A stretch of DNA of 64,000 nucleotides, taken from assembly GCA_012719135.1 (NCBI GenBank), contig JAAYAW010000035.1, positions 3,799 to 67,798 of the forward strand. Reading direction: 5' to 3'. A program made the translations under genes and the position numbers. The notes under the pieces were generated by a model. The model ran no database searches, was not told where the DNA came from, and saw only the letters and a list, made by a program, of their open reading frames with translations. This DNA comes from Chloroflexota bacterium (lineage in GTDB: Bacteria > Chloroflexota > Anaerolineae > UBA1429). Positions 19,442 through 30,800 of the stretch are shown here, piece by piece; the stretch's first letter is position 1, and each line of letters starts with the position of its first letter.

Positions 19442-20536
19442 TCACCCGGCGCCGACGCCCGTGATCTGGGACAGACGCTCAAAGAAGGCTCGCTTGAAGG
19501 GCGTGTTGATGCCCCAGTTCACCGGGGGCGTCTGATAGCCACTGAGGGCGGCCCAGGGCGCATCGTCGCGATAGCGTGGCCGCGGGACATAGTCTTCCCA
19601 TGGATCGGCGCCCTGGCCGTGCCAGCCTTGATCGTAATACCCCCAGGAGACGCCGTGCGTCCAGGCGACCTCCAGGTTGGGCAGAGCCGGGGAGTCCTCG
19701 TTGATGATGATCGGCTTTGGTGCAAGGAAGTACGAGGGCATGCTCTGCACCGCCTCCAGCGCCGCGGCGAGTTGTAGAGGGCGCAGCCCGTTGCCGTGCA
19801 GCAAGACGTAATCCGCCGTACGGACGAGCGAGGGGGGCGGCATCCCGCGGCCCGTGTCTACCTCCGCACCGCCGCCGCTGGTAGAAAACAGCAGACTGGG
19901 GAACTCGGCCTTGAGGGCGCTGAGCATCTCGTGCTGACGCTCGGGGCGAAAGATCGCATAGGGCGTCTGGTCGACGACGACGTCGATCTCATTGGCCAGC
20001 TCGACGAGCACGTTTCTATGGCCGCAGGAAGCCAGGAAGGTGCAGGCCTCCCGGGCCGCGCGCCAGATGGCGTCCGCGTTTGCCATGCGCAGCAGCATCG
20101 TCCAGTAGAAGAAGCCGACGATGGTGACCATGCCCAGGGCGTCGGTGCGCCGGATGACTCGTGCCAGCCGGTCGGCGTAGGCCGGCTTGAGTTCGCCTTC
20201 CGGCGTAAAGCCGTTATTGTCATAATGACGGTTGATCTCGGGGACATAGAGCGGCCCACCGCCCTGCAGGTTGACCGTCACGGCGAGGACTCCATGGTCC
20301 CGCCAGTGGGCGAGGGCGGCACAGAACTCGGCCGTGTTGCGATCCGGATCCCAGGCTCCCGTGTCCGGATAGGCCCAGTTGGCGCTCGTCTGGGGAACCG
20401 CATCGTCAAAGATCGCCTGAACCGCTCGCACGTTGAACAGTAACCCCTCTACCGGGTGCCCGTCGTAGACTCTACCGGCATAAGTCCGCTTGCCATCCAG
20501 ACACACGTATTGGCCGTCAAATGAGACTGTAGTCAT
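19442..20536 (-). CDS. Clan GH-A TIM-barrel glycoside hydrolase (GH5-like), cytoplasmic
   Basis: 364 aa with no signal peptide. Candidate acid/base NE motif in LVELANEID and candidate nucleophile in PIIINEDSP, with spacing typical of a (beta/alpha)8 GH-A enzyme. Confidence 0.45.
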   Translation of the reverse strand: MTTVSFDGQYVCLDGKRTYAGRVYDGHPVEGLLFNVRAVQAIFDDAVPQTSANWAYPDTGAWDPDRNTAEFCAALAHWRDHGVLAVTVNLQGGGPLYVPEINRHYDNNGFTPEGELKPAYADRLARVIRRTDALGMVTIVGFFYWTMLLRMANADAIWRAAREACTFLASCGHRNVLVELANEIDVVVDQTPYAIFRPERQHEMLSALKAEFPSLLFSTSGGGAEVDTGRGMPPPSLVRTADYVLLHGNGLRPLQLAAALEAVQSMPSYFLAPKPIIINEDSPALPNLEVAWTHGVSWGYYDQGWHGQGADPWEDYVPRPRYRDDAPWAALSGYQTPPVNWGINTPFKRAFFERLSQITGVGAG

Positions 20537-20759
20537 ACCGATTCTCCTTCGGTTGCTCTGCCCTCAGCCAACGGATAGTACCGCATGGAAACGGATCCGT
20601 CATCCCTGTGCGCAGGGGCCAGGGGCCGAGCCCTCGCAAGCGGTAGCGTTGCGCCGGCCTTGAGACGATGCCGGCGAGGGGTATTGTTCCCCCGGCGCGC
20701 CCGTGCTATGATTGCGCGAATGAGCTGTGATCGCAACAGGCATCAGTAGAGGAGAACGG

Positions 20760-22097
20760 ATGAGTGACCTGAACGAGGCCGGATGGGCCGAGCGTCTGCG
20801 GCAGCGCATCGAGGATCGCAGCGCGAATGTGTGCGTCATGGGTCTGGGATATGTGGGGCTTCCTCTGGCCGTACTGTTGGGGCAAGCCGGTTTCCACGTG
20901 ACCGGGATCGACCCGGATCGAGAACGCTGTGCGGCGCTCTTGCGCGGTGAGAGCTATGTGGGAGATGTGCCCGCTGATGCCATCGCCGCGCTGACGGCGA
21001 GCGGGCATATGGACGCCTCTGCCGATCCGGAGCCCCTGGCCCGGGCCGATGCCGTCATCATCTGCGTACCGACGCCGCTGAGCAAGTCCAAGGATCCGGA
21101 CATCTCGTACATCGTGGGGGCCGTAGAGAACCTCGCCCGCCACCGGCATCCAGGGATGCTCGTGGTGCTGGAGAGCACCACGTACCCCGGGACCACCGAA
21201 GAGATCCTCATGCCCCGGTTGGCGAACGACGGGTTCGCCATCGGCGAGGACATCTTTGTGGCCTACTCGCCGGAGCGCGTCGATCCCGGAAACCGCAACT
21301 ATAGCATCCGGAACACGCCCAAGGTGATCGGCGGGGCGACGCCCGCCTGCCTGAGTCTGGCGGTGGCCCTCTACGGGAGCATCGTGGAGCAGACGGTGCC
21401 CGTCTCCAGCCCTGCGGCGGCCGAGATGGTCAAGATCCTGGAGAATACCTACCGGGCCGTCAACATCGGCCTGGCCAACGAGATGGCCCAGATCTGCCAG
21501 CGCATCGGTCTGGACGTGTGGGAGGTGATCGCTGCCGCCAGCACCAAGCCCTTTGGTTTCAGTCCCTTTTACCCGGGGCCGGGCCTCGGCGGGCACTGCA
21601 TCCCCATCGATCCGCTCTACCTCACCTGGAAGATGCGGAGTCTGAGCGTGCAGACACGCTTCATCGAGCTGGCCGATGTGGTGAACACCGACATGCCAGC
21701 CTATGTAGTGCGGCGCGTTCAGGATGCTCTGAACGATATCGAGCGGCCTCTCCGCGGGAGCCGTGTGCTCGTTCTCGGCGTCGCCTACAAGCCCGATGTG
21801 GCGGATCTGCGGGAAAGCCCGGCACTGACGATCATCGAGCTCTTGCAGGATCGGGGCGCGCAGGTTCTGTACCATGACCCCTTTGTGCACCAACTCGACC
21901 TGCCCGGCGGAGAGAGGCTGGCCGGGATCGAACTCGCCGAGGAGGACCTGGCGCTCGCGGATTGCGTCCTCGTGCACACCGCACACAGCAGTTACGATTG
22001 GGGTTGGGTGGCACGGAACGCACGCCTCGTCTTTGACACGCGCGGCGTGATCCAACCAGGAGAGGTTGCCAATGGCGCCCTCTACTACCGGCTCTAG
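20760..22097 (+). CDS. Nucleotide-sugar dehydrogenase, UDP-N-acetyl-D-glucosamine/mannosamine 6-dehydrogenase family (WecC/TviB-like)
   Basis: Rossmann motif [16 protein letters not shown], catalytic Cys region ([17 protein letters not shown]), and a UDP-binding C-terminal domain. The start was moved to ATG 20760 (AGAGGAGA RBS). Confidence 0.85.
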   Translation: MSDLNEAGWAERLRQRIEDRSANVCVMGLGYVGLPLAVLLGQAGFHVTGIDPDRERCAALLRGESYVGDVPADAIAALTASGHMDASADPEPLARADAVIICVPTPLSKSKDPDISYIVGAVENLARHRHPGMLVVLESTTYPGTTEEILMPRLANDGFAIGEDIFVAYSPERVDPGNRNYSIRNTPKVIGGATPACLSLAVALYGSIVEQTVPVSSPAAAEMVKILENTYRAVNIGLANEMAQICQRIGLDVWEVIAAASTKPFGFSPFYPGPGLGGHCIPIDPLYLTWKMRSLSVQTRFIELADVVNTDMPAYVVRRVQDALNDIERPLRGSRVLVLGVAYKPDVADLRESPALTIIELLQDRGAQVLYHDPFVHQLDLPGGERLAGIELAEEDLALADCVLVHTAHSSYDWGWVARNARLVFDTRGVIQPGEVANGALYYRL

Positions 22098-22845
22098 GTC
22101 CGGCGACCCACGGGCCGAGCGCATCAGCGGCGGTCCGGGGCTCTACATTCGGCGGCAGTCGGGCGGCGTGGGATGGTACGCGCTCGAACAGCTGCTCCAG
22201 AGCCTGGCGGGGTGGATTCCAAGCATCCTCGGGATCGCCGTCCGTGCCGTTCTGTACCGGCTGATGCTGCGCATGGACGGCTGGGCGGCCATCGAGCGCG
22301 GTGTGCGGCTGCGCTATGCGCGCCTGATCCGGCTGGGGGCGGGCAGCTATCTGGATGAGGGTGTGTACGTTCACGCGTGTCCGGGCGGAGTGTCCATTGG
22401 GGCGCGAACGCTGGTGATGCATGGGGCCGTGCTGCATGTGTACAACTTTCGTCAGCTACCGCATGCGGGCATCCATATCGGCCAAGATAGCCTCGTGGGA
22501 GAGTACAGCGTTATCCGGGGGCAGGGCGGCGTCACGCTGGGAGATCGCGTGTACACCTCTCCCCTGGTTCAGATCGTCGCCGTGAACCATGTCTATGATG
22601 ATCCCAGCCGCTCGTTCACGGACCAAGGGTTGACCGCCGAGGGGATCATAATCGAAGACGATGTATGGATCGGGTCAGGTGCGGTGATCACCGATGGGGT
22701 GCGGATCGGCCGCGGCGCGGTAGTCGCCGCCGGCGCAGTGGTGACGAGCGATGTGCCCGCGCACACCGTGGTCGGTGGCGTGCCCGCCCGCGTCCTGCAC
22801 GAGATCGATGGCACGCCCCGTACCGCCGGGAGATCGATCTACTAG
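22072..22845 (+). CDS. Hexapeptide-repeat (left-handed beta-helix) sugar O/N-acetyltransferase
   Basis: Repeating [LIV]-G-x-x-x-x hexapeptides ([52 protein letters not shown]). The ATG at 22072 lies 6 nt after AGGAGAGG and overlaps the dehydrogenase 3' end. Confidence 0.75.
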   Translation: MAPSTTGSRSGDPRAERISGGPGLYIRRQSGGVGWYALEQLLQSLAGWIPSILGIAVRAVLYRLMLRMDGWAAIERGVRLRYARLIRLGAGSYLDEGVYVHACPGGVSIGARTLVMHGAVLHVYNFRQLPHAGIHIGQDSLVGEYSVIRGQGGVTLGDRVYTSPLVQIVAVNHVYDDPSRSFTDQGLTAEGIIIEDDVWIGSGAVITDGVRIGRGAVVAAGAVVTSDVPAHTVVGGVPARVLHEIDGTPRTAGRSIY

Positions 22846-22896
22846 CCCCGCGGGTCACCGCCCGAGGCGTCCGCAACACAGGCAAGGCTGGCATCC

Positions 22897-24144
22897 ATGA
22901 ACACAGCGCAGGAGCGGGATAGCTTACAGGAGCCAAGAACCGCAAGTATGCTTTCGGTGGTGATCCCGGCATACAACGAAGAGCAGGGCCTCGCGGCGAT
23001 CATCGAGCGGGTTCTGGCGGTGCGGCCGGCCCTGGCGCTGGATGGCATCGGGCTGGAACTCCTGGTCGTCGACGACGGCTCGCGGGACGGCACGGCGGAG
23101 ATCGCGAGGCGGTACGCCGACGTGCGCCTCGTCCAGCACAGCACGAACCGCGGGTACGGCGCGGCGCTCAAGACGGGGTTTGCGGCGGCCTGTGGCGAAT
23201 GGCTGGGGTTTATGGACGCGGACGGCACATACCCGCCGGAGGAGCTTCCCGCGTTGTGCGCCGTCCTGTGCACGGGCGACGGAGCGGACCTGGTGGTCGG
23301 CTCGCGACGCTCGGGGCAGAGCAGCGAGATGCCCTTTCTGCGTCGGGTGGGCAACCGGCTATGGAGCGGCCTCGTGTCTACGCTCGGAGGCCGGAGGGTG
23401 CTGGATCCTGCCAGCGGGATGCGCGTGTTCCGCCGGGAGATACTCGCCAGGCTGTATCCGCTGCCCGATGGCCTGAACCTGACGCCGGTGATGAGCACCC
23501 GTGCAATCCACGAGGGGATCCGTCTCGCAGAGATCCCCATTCCCTATCGGGAGCGCCAGGGGCGGTCCAAGCTCAGCGTCGTCAACGATGGGATGCGTTT
23601 CCTTGGTACGATTGTGTGGACGGTTCTCACGTACAACCCGGCGCGGCCACTGGGCTTGCTGGGCGTGGGCCTTTTCTCCCTGGGTGTGCTGGCGGCTCTG
23701 GGGTTGGTCATCGCGCGGTTGGCCGGCATCACGTCCCTGGGGCCTATGGGCGTCCTTGTGGCCTATCTGGCGGCGCTGCTGCCCGTGGTGGGCTTTGACC
23801 TATTTGCACTTGGCGCAACCTTCAACTATGCCGTGTCTCTCTTTCACGCCCGCCCGGTACGGCAGGGGCTCTTTGGCCGGCCCATCTTTGATCCTCCGCT
23901 GGACCGGCATTTCTGGTGGATGGGCCTGCTGGCCGGTGGGGCCGGGATCGCCCTGGGGGCCGCGAGCCTCGTGCTGGGCCTCAACGGCTGGGGCGTTGAG
24001 CGCCTCTGGTTGTACCTTCTCGGTGCCGCGGCCTTGACTATGCTCGGCCTGAACCTGCTCGTGTTCTGGTTGATCATGCGGGTGCTGGAGGAGTTGAGCC
24101 ACCGGCAGGCGGACATCCAGGCCGATCTGGCTTGTGTGCCATGA
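22897..24144 (+). CDS. GT2 family polyprenyl-phosphate glycosyltransferase (GtrB/DPM1/ArnC-like) with C-terminal TM helices
   Basis: SVVIPAYNEE, VVDDGSRDGT and DADGTY (DxD) motifs. Four C-terminal hydrophobic segments, as in GtrB-type Und-P sugar synthases. Confidence 0.8.
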   Translation: MNTAQERDSLQEPRTASMLSVVIPAYNEEQGLAAIIERVLAVRPALALDGIGLELLVVDDGSRDGTAEIARRYADVRLVQHSTNRGYGAALKTGFAAACGEWLGFMDADGTYPPEELPALCAVLCTGDGADLVVGSRRSGQSSEMPFLRRVGNRLWSGLVSTLGGRRVLDPASGMRVFRREILARLYPLPDGLNLTPVMSTRAIHEGIRLAEIPIPYRERQGRSKLSVVNDGMRFLGTIVWTVLTYNPARPLGLLGVGLFSLGVLAALGLVIARLAGITSLGPMGVLVAYLAALLPVVGFDLFALGATFNYAVSLFHARPVRQGLFGRPIFDPPLDRHFWWMGLLAGGAGIALGAASLVLGLNGWGVERLWLYLLGAAALTMLGLNLLVFWLIMRVLEELSHRQADIQADLACVP

Positions 24145-25802
24145 GCGATACCGGCGTTGAGCGGCCTCGAGGGCGGACGGTGCCTCAGCGCGTATTCGCG
24201 GAGACGCCTCCGAACGCGGACGGGCTTGGCATCGCCACAGGCGCCGGCGCGGGGGAGCGCGTGGACATTCTGTTCGTGAACCCGCCCGCGCCCGACCGCG
24301 GGATCTGGATTCGGAGCCAGCACCGCGTCGGGAGGCGGTCACGCGAGGGAATGATCTGGCCGCAGGCCGATCTGGCGCAACTGGCAGCGCTGTTCCCCGA
24401 CAAGCGCGTGGCGATCATCGACGCGATTCCATCGCGCATGACGTGGGCGGCCTTTGCGGAGGAACTCAAGCGCCTGCAGCCCACGTTCTACCTCACCCAG
24501 GTGACGGCGCCGACGCTGGAGAACGACATGTACGGCGCGTTTCTCGCGCGGTCGGGTGGTGCGACCACGATCGCCATGGGGACACACGTCACACCCATGC
24601 CGCTATCCACGCTGGAGGCGTATCCGGCTCTGGACTATTGCCTGGTGGGAGAGCCCGAGCTGACGCTGCGCGAGTTGGTGGATGCCCTCTGCCCTGATGA
24701 AGCGGATCATCTCCGGGCCGTCGCGCCGGATACCGGTGCGGCCCTCGAAGGCCTTCTCGTCGCGTCGGACGCGGGGTGGAGGCCCGTTACGCAGCGCGGA
24801 ACGTCCACCGAGGAGCGCCTGGCGACGATACCCGGACTGGCGTGGCGCCGGAACGGCCAACCTGCTCTGAACGCTCCCCGCGCGCTCATAGAGGACCTGG
24901 ACGCGCTGCCCCTGCCACGGCACGATCTGCTGCCGCTGGCGCGCTACCGGGCGCCGCTCGTATCCGGCGCCTACTCCTTTGTGGTTACCAGCCGCGGATG
25001 CCCCGGCGATTGCCGGTTCTGCATCAAGCACGTCTCATACGGGCGCTCGGTGCGGTTCCGCTCGCCAGAGAATGTGCTGCGGGAGATCGAGATGCTGGCG
25101 GGACTGGGAATCCGCAGCATCCACATGTACGCCGATCTGTTTACCGTGAATCGTGATCACGTGCTGGGCATATGCCAGGGCCTGCTGGACCGCGGACTCA
25201 AGATCCGCTGGACGTGCAACAGCCGGGTCGACTTTGTCGATCCAGAGATGCTCGATCTCATGAAGCGCAGTGGCTGCTGGATGATCTCCTGGGGGATCGA
25301 ATCCGGGGACGTGGAGATGCTCCGGCGGATGCACAAGGGCATCACCCTGGAAGGGGTCCGCCAGGCGCTCGAGTGGTCCCGAAGGGCTCACATCCGCAAC
25401 TGGGGCTACTTTATCATCGGGCTCCCCGGGGAGAGTGAGCGTTCCATACGCCACACAATCGATTTCGCCAAGACTCTGCCCCTGGACCTGGCTCTCTTTC
25501 ACATCGCGGCCCCTCACCCGGGAACACCCTTTTTCTACGAGGTCGTGGACCAGGGATGGTTTCGGCCGGGGACCCGATGGGAACGCGTCGATATGGACCG
25601 CTCCACGGTGCTCGATTATCCGGAGCTGAGCGCCGAGGATCTGGAGGCGTGGGCACGGCGCGCGCTGCGCGAGTGGGCCCTGCGGCCGGGGCCGGTCTGC
25701 ACCTACGGTAGGATGCTGGCCACCAGTCCCTCGCTCTGGAGGGCTGCCTTGGCGATCGGGCTGGAGAGCCTCGGCTGGCTCCGTGGGGCGGGCAGCCGGT
25801 GA
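24141..25802 (+). CDS. B12-binding domain-containing radical SAM protein
   Basis: N-terminal cobalamin-binding Rossmann-like region (DILFVNPP..., VAIID...). Radical SAM CxxxCxxC (SRGCPGDCRFC) followed by an ELP3/TIM-barrel region. Its ATG overlaps the GT2 stop (ATGA). Confidence 0.85.
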   Translation: MSDTGVERPRGRTVPQRVFAETPPNADGLGIATGAGAGERVDILFVNPPAPDRGIWIRSQHRVGRRSREGMIWPQADLAQLAALFPDKRVAIIDAIPSRMTWAAFAEELKRLQPTFYLTQVTAPTLENDMYGAFLARSGGATTIAMGTHVTPMPLSTLEAYPALDYCLVGEPELTLRELVDALCPDEADHLRAVAPDTGAALEGLLVASDAGWRPVTQRGTSTEERLATIPGLAWRRNGQPALNAPRALIEDLDALPLPRHDLLPLARYRAPLVSGAYSFVVTSRGCPGDCRFCIKHVSYGRSVRFRSPENVLREIEMLAGLGIRSIHMYADLFTVNRDHVLGICQGLLDRGLKIRWTCNSRVDFVDPEMLDLMKRSGCWMISWGIESGDVEMLRRMHKGITLEGVRQALEWSRRAHIRNWGYFIIGLPGESERSIRHTIDFAKTLPLDLALFHIAAPHPGTPFFYEVVDQGWFRPGTRWERVDMDRSTVLDYPELSAEDLEAWARRALREWALRPGPVCTYGRMLATSPSLWRAALAIGLESLGWLRGAGSR

Positions 25803-27766
25803 TGCCCACGAGGCGCCTCTCCTGGCGGGATGCCTGGCCAACCCTGCAGGTGGGCTTGGCCCTGGTGGCATGCGGCCTGTGGTATGCCACGGGAGGGGCC
25901 GTCTGGTACCGGGTAACTTCCGTCGGCCTCTGGCCGGCTCTCCTGGTGGTGGCGATGTGGCCGCTGCAGCGTCTGGCCCGAGGCCGTTGGGAACGTCTCC
26001 AGGGCGTGCATCTCTGGTTGGGCATCTTTCTGCTCACCGCTGTCGTGAGCACGGTTGTGGCCTACAACAGGCCGGTCGCCGTAGCCAAGTTGGGGACGGT
26101 CATCGGCGCTGCAGGCCTGGCCCTGGCGCTATCGCATCAGCGGACACGGCGGCAGATCTATCTCTCGCTGGCCCCGCTGGGCCTGGGCCTTGCGGCGCTT
26201 GCGCTCTACTCCCTCGCCGGCAGCGACTGGGATGCTCAGGCTCTCAAGTACCCCGCGCTGGCCGAGGCAGGCCGATCCCTCACAGGATGGATCGCCTGGA
26301 CTCCGGGGCACCGAATCACGCCGAACGTGGCTGGCAGTATGCTGGCAGCGCTGTTGCCCTACGGCGTTGCGCTGGCGGGGCTCGCGCCGTCGCGCTGGCT
26401 GGGCATGCGCCAGCCGGGACCCCAAGCGGCCATCCGAGGCTGTTGGGCCCTTGCGGTGGCGCTCGGCGTATCGGCACTGATCCTCACGGGCTCTCGAGGC
26501 GCCTGGGGCGGTAGCCTGGCGATGGTCGCGGGCTGGGCGTTGTGGCGTTGGCTGGGCCGCCTTGCGCCGCCTGGGCCGGCAGGCTACCGGCGGCGGCTGA
26601 TCGGATTCGGTCTCATGGCCCTGGCGGGCGGCCTCGCTGTGGTCCTGGGAGGCTACCTGGTTCTCGTGCTGACGCTGCCGGGGGCCGCCGCGTTGGCGAA
26701 CCGGATCGATCTGATCACCCGCAGTCTATCCCTGGCGCAGGACTATGCGTATACCGGCGTGGGCCTTGGCCAGTTCCCCATTCCGTATTCGGTGTATACC
26801 CTGCTGATCCATGTGGGGTACATCGTAAACCCCCACAACACGCTTGTGGGGATCCTGGTGGAGCAGGGAGTGCTGGGGATGGCGGCGCTGATCCTCCTCT
26901 GGGTGAGCGCGCTCAGAGCCTTTGTTCGCACCCGCGCGCACGCCAGCCCGGGGCTGGGCATAGTGTTGGAGGCCAGTGTGGCCTCGCTCATGACGATGGT
27001 CGTTCATGGGATGGTGGATTCGGGACTGTACGGCAGCCGGGGGCTTCTGATCATGCTGGTGCCCGTGGGTGTGATCATCGCCTGTGCGCGGCACGTCGAG
27101 TCTGAGACCGCGGCCGCCGAGGGTGAGCGCAGCCCCGAGGCCTCGCGCACGCGAGACCGGACGGCTGTGCCGATCCTGGCGGGGTTGGCTGTCATCCTCC
27201 TGGTGCTCGTGGCCACCGCAGGCCGGCCGCACACAGCCTGGCTCGCCAATCGCGGCGCTCTCGAACAGACACGCCAGGAACTCGCCTTGTACGATCCCGA
27301 GCGATTCGCCGAGCTCTCTTTGGATGACGCGCGCCTGCGCGCAGATCTGGCGGAGGCCGAGCGCTTGCTGGCCGCGGCCGCGCGCCATCCCGGCCACCCC
27401 AGCGCTCCCCGGCGCCTCGCCGCCATCTATCTCTCCAGGAGCCAGTACCCGGACGCACTCGCCGTGCTGAAGGCCTCCTGGGATGCGGGCAGTCGGGATT
27501 CGACGACGCGGCTGTTGTACGGGGATGCGCTCATTGCGGCCGGCGATCCGGCCGGCGCCGCAGCGACCGTGAAGGGTATACGCTGGGCCGCCGAGCGGAT
27601 CGAGGGGCAGGCCTCGTCACGCTACGTGCCGAGGGGAGAGTGGGCTCAGGTCGCTTACGCCTATGAGGCGGTGGCTCGCCTGAACGGCACTGGAGAGGCG
27701 GATCTCGGGCGGATCAATGAGGCACGGCAGCGGGCGGGGCTTGCGCCGCTGGAAGCATTACCATAG
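25799..27766 (+). CDS. O-antigen ligase (Wzy_C) domain membrane protein with C-terminal TPR-like soluble domain
   Basis: About 12 TM segments. Wzy_C signature LTGSRGAWGGSLAMVAGW and a periplasmic loop. A C-terminal ~200-aa Ala/Leu-rich helical repeat region is TPR-like. Its start overlaps the rSAM stop. Confidence 0.7.
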   Translation: MMPTRRLSWRDAWPTLQVGLALVACGLWYATGGAVWYRVTSVGLWPALLVVAMWPLQRLARGRWERLQGVHLWLGIFLLTAVVSTVVAYNRPVAVAKLGTVIGAAGLALALSHQRTRRQIYLSLAPLGLGLAALALYSLAGSDWDAQALKYPALAEAGRSLTGWIAWTPGHRITPNVAGSMLAALLPYGVALAGLAPSRWLGMRQPGPQAAIRGCWALAVALGVSALILTGSRGAWGGSLAMVAGWALWRWLGRLAPPGPAGYRRRLIGFGLMALAGGLAVVLGGYLVLVLTLPGAAALANRIDLITRSLSLAQDYAYTGVGLGQFPIPYSVYTLLIHVGYIVNPHNTLVGILVEQGVLGMAALILLWVSALRAFVRTRAHASPGLGIVLEASVASLMTMVVHGMVDSGLYGSRGLLIMLVPVGVIIACARHVESETAAAEGERSPEASRTRDRTAVPILAGLAVILLVLVATAGRPHTAWLANRGALEQTRQELALYDPERFAELSLDDARLRADLAEAERLLAAAARHPGHPSAPRRLAAIYLSRSQYPDALAVLKASWDAGSRDSTTRLLYGDALIAAGDPAGAAATVKGIRWAAERIEGQASSRYVPRGEWAQVAYAYEAVARLNGTGEADLGRINEARQRAGLAPLEALP

Positions 27767-27804
27767 ACTGCAGACCCATACTGGCAGGGAGTAGAACACG
27801 CAGA

Positions 27805-30800
27805 ATGAGACTCTTGAGGATCACTATCGTTACGTCTGTTATAGTGTCTCTGTTTGCGCTCTGCTGGCCTCTTCGCGGCATGGCGGAGGGGCCTTCGTGG
27901 GGACGCCCCGTAAACCTGTCCCGCTCAGGCGCGGCGTCCGATCCGTCCCTGCTGTACGAAGGCGACCAGACCTACGCCCTCTGGTGGGATAGCTACGATG
28001 GCGTCACCGTGGCCGTGCGAAGCGATGGTGAATGGGGGAATCCTACGCCGGTTCCGATCTCGGACTATCTCTACGATGCCTCCGGCTCGATCCGCATCAA
28101 CGCCACGACCGGCGTATACCTCCGGGATACGATCCGTTCGGGCAGCATCACGGCGGATGGCACCGGGGGTGTGGCGGCCTTTTTCCTCGCGCGTGCCGAG
28201 GGCTCTGGCCCTCTGGCCCTGAGGCAGACGCGAGCTGCGCTGGACACGTTCGATTGGGCAGCGGCACAAACCGTGGTCAGTGCTGCATCGGGGTGGCGGG
28301 CCGTCCCCGGACCCGACGGAACGCTGCACCTTGCGGTGTTCTATACGGGCCGCGATGAAGGGACTCTGCCGGGGGTCTACTACCTTCGCTCGGAGGACGG
28401 CGGCGAAAGCTGGAGCGATATGGTTCTCGTGGCCGAATCGCTCTACGTGCGCCGGGCGACCCCTGAGAAGAGCCATATCTCTCTTTCCGCCGTGGAAGGC
28501 GGGGCGATCTATCTCGCCTGGAACGAGCCCGGCACTGGGCGAGCGCTCTGGAGTTGGAGCCAGGACGGCGGCGACACCTGGAGCCCCTCGCGCCTGGTGG
28601 CCCCAGACGATCCCAAGGCGAGCAACGCGCATCTGGAGAGCCTCGGCGACGGGCGCGTCCTGCTCCTGTGGGAGGGAACCGGTACGGGCGATGCCCCGGC
28701 GCTCTATTCCAGCGTATCGCCCGACGGAGGCAGCAATTGGCCGAAGCCCGATGCGGTGCTGAGCCTGCTGAACGGGGGGGCTGCGGGGTTGGCGCTTCAA
28801 CCTCATCCTGCCGGCGGGCTCTTGCTCGCTGCGGGCGGCGTGGCCGACGGGCCGGCGCTGGCCCGGTTCGGCAAGCTCGGGGAGGAGATAGTGGCGGACG
28901 CCTGGTCCGATTGCGTTACGCTGCCGCACGTAACGGGCGCCGCCGAGCGCCTTCGGGTGGCGAGTGTGGAGCGCTGGCAGGCCGTGGCCGCGGCGGGAGA
29001 GATCATTCTGACGGGGGTGGACCCTTCAGGGGACGTTTGGGCCCTGAGCAGTGCCATCGATACGCTGGAATGGCCTACGGTTGTGGCGCCCACCTGGGAG
29101 GAGGATGCCGATAGTAATGCCGGCCACACCCTCGCTGCAACCGGTGCGGTGGGCCCACCGACGCTGGTTCAGGGGAACGGGCCGGCTCGGCAGGCCTTCT
29201 GGTGGGACTCTGTTGAGGGATTGGTGAGCGCCTATAGCGACGGCGCCGTCTGGTACAGCGCTCAGGCCGCGCGGGCGGAGGCCACGGAGAGCGGTGTTCC
29301 CGGGCCCGTGCCGTTCGGCGCGCAACTGGCGACGAACTCGGCAGGAGACGTGATTGCCTGCTGGATCGCGCGTGAAGGTGCGGCTGAAGGACCGGTCCTG
29401 TGCCGCAGCCAGGCAATCGGCCTCCACCTCTGGGCAGATGCGGCGGTTGTCGCCGAGAGCGCCACGGCTTTCCGACTGCGGGCGGGCGGCGACGGGGCGC
29501 TGCACCTCCTCCTTGCGCGCTCCGCGGAGGCGGAGGAAGCCTCCGCCGGGCTGTACTATCTGACGTACTCTGAGGAGGCAGGAGAATGGAGCGAGCCTGT
29601 CCAGGTTGCGCCGGTTGGGTTGATCGAGGGTAGCGCCCTGTCGGACTCGGATCTGGATGTCGATGCTACCAATGGGCAGCGCCGGGCCGCATGGCTCGAT
29701 CCCATGGCCGGGGCGCTGTTCTACTCCGGCTCGGCAGATGGCGGGGTCACCTGGAGCGCTCCTCTCAACGCCTCGGAGGGTGTGGCAGAGCCGGCTCACC
29801 CGCAGGTAGCCGCCGACGGGGACAACACGATCTATGTGTTCCAGACGGCGGGGAGCGGGTTGCTCCAGACGCGTATCGACGCATCCGGAGGCCTTGTCGA
29901 CGGCCCGAAGAGCATTCTGTCGTCCTACTCAGGAGCGGCGCTCCGCTCCGGCTGGCAGTTGGCCGGGCAGGGAACCGATCGTCTGCTGCTGGTCGTGCCA
30001 GAGTCTCCGGTGGCGGTGGCCATCGCCACCTGGCTCGGCGACGGCTGGAGTGAGCAGGTGGTCCCGCTGAGCGGCGCGGCCAGTAGCACACCGGCGGACG
30101 AGGCGGCGGCCATGGCGGCGCACTATCAAGAGGGCCTCCTATCGATCACCACAGTGAGCGAAGCCGGCCAGGCGGTGCTCTGGGATCTGCCGGCTGCAGC
30201 CTCGGGGTGGGGACAGGAGGAAGGCGAGATCTGGTCTTGGCCCGTCAGGTCGGCTTCGCTGGCCGAAGGGGTGGGACGCCCCGCCGCACAGATCGACGGC
30301 GACCTCCGTGTCCACGTCCTCTGGCACACGGGCTCGCCGTACGGCGACGCGCTTTGGTACGCGCAATGGCTGGATACCAAGTGGAGCGCACCCGTTCAGG
30401 TGGTGCGGCCGGATGAGGGGATCGCCCGCGACCCGGATCTCGCGGTGATCGGCGAGCATCTGCACGCGGTTTGGTCGGCCGGATTCGATGGCGGACCGGA
30501 GGCAACCGTGACGTACACATCGGATGCCTCTGCGGCATCAAGCTGGCCGTTGGGCCGTGCGCTGCCTGGCCCGGTCTCGCCGCGCAATGCGATTGGGGCA
30601 CACCCGGCCCTGACCGCCGATCTGGCCGGCACGGTGCACGCCGTGTATGCTGTGCCGATCAACCAATACCGCGGGATCTACTACACCCAGTCGTCTGACC
30701 GCGGCGAAACGTGGCGCGCCAGCTCGCTGGTCTTTGATGCCGCCGTGGCGGGATGGGCCATGGTGGACGATCCGGCGATCGCCGTCGACCATGACGGGAC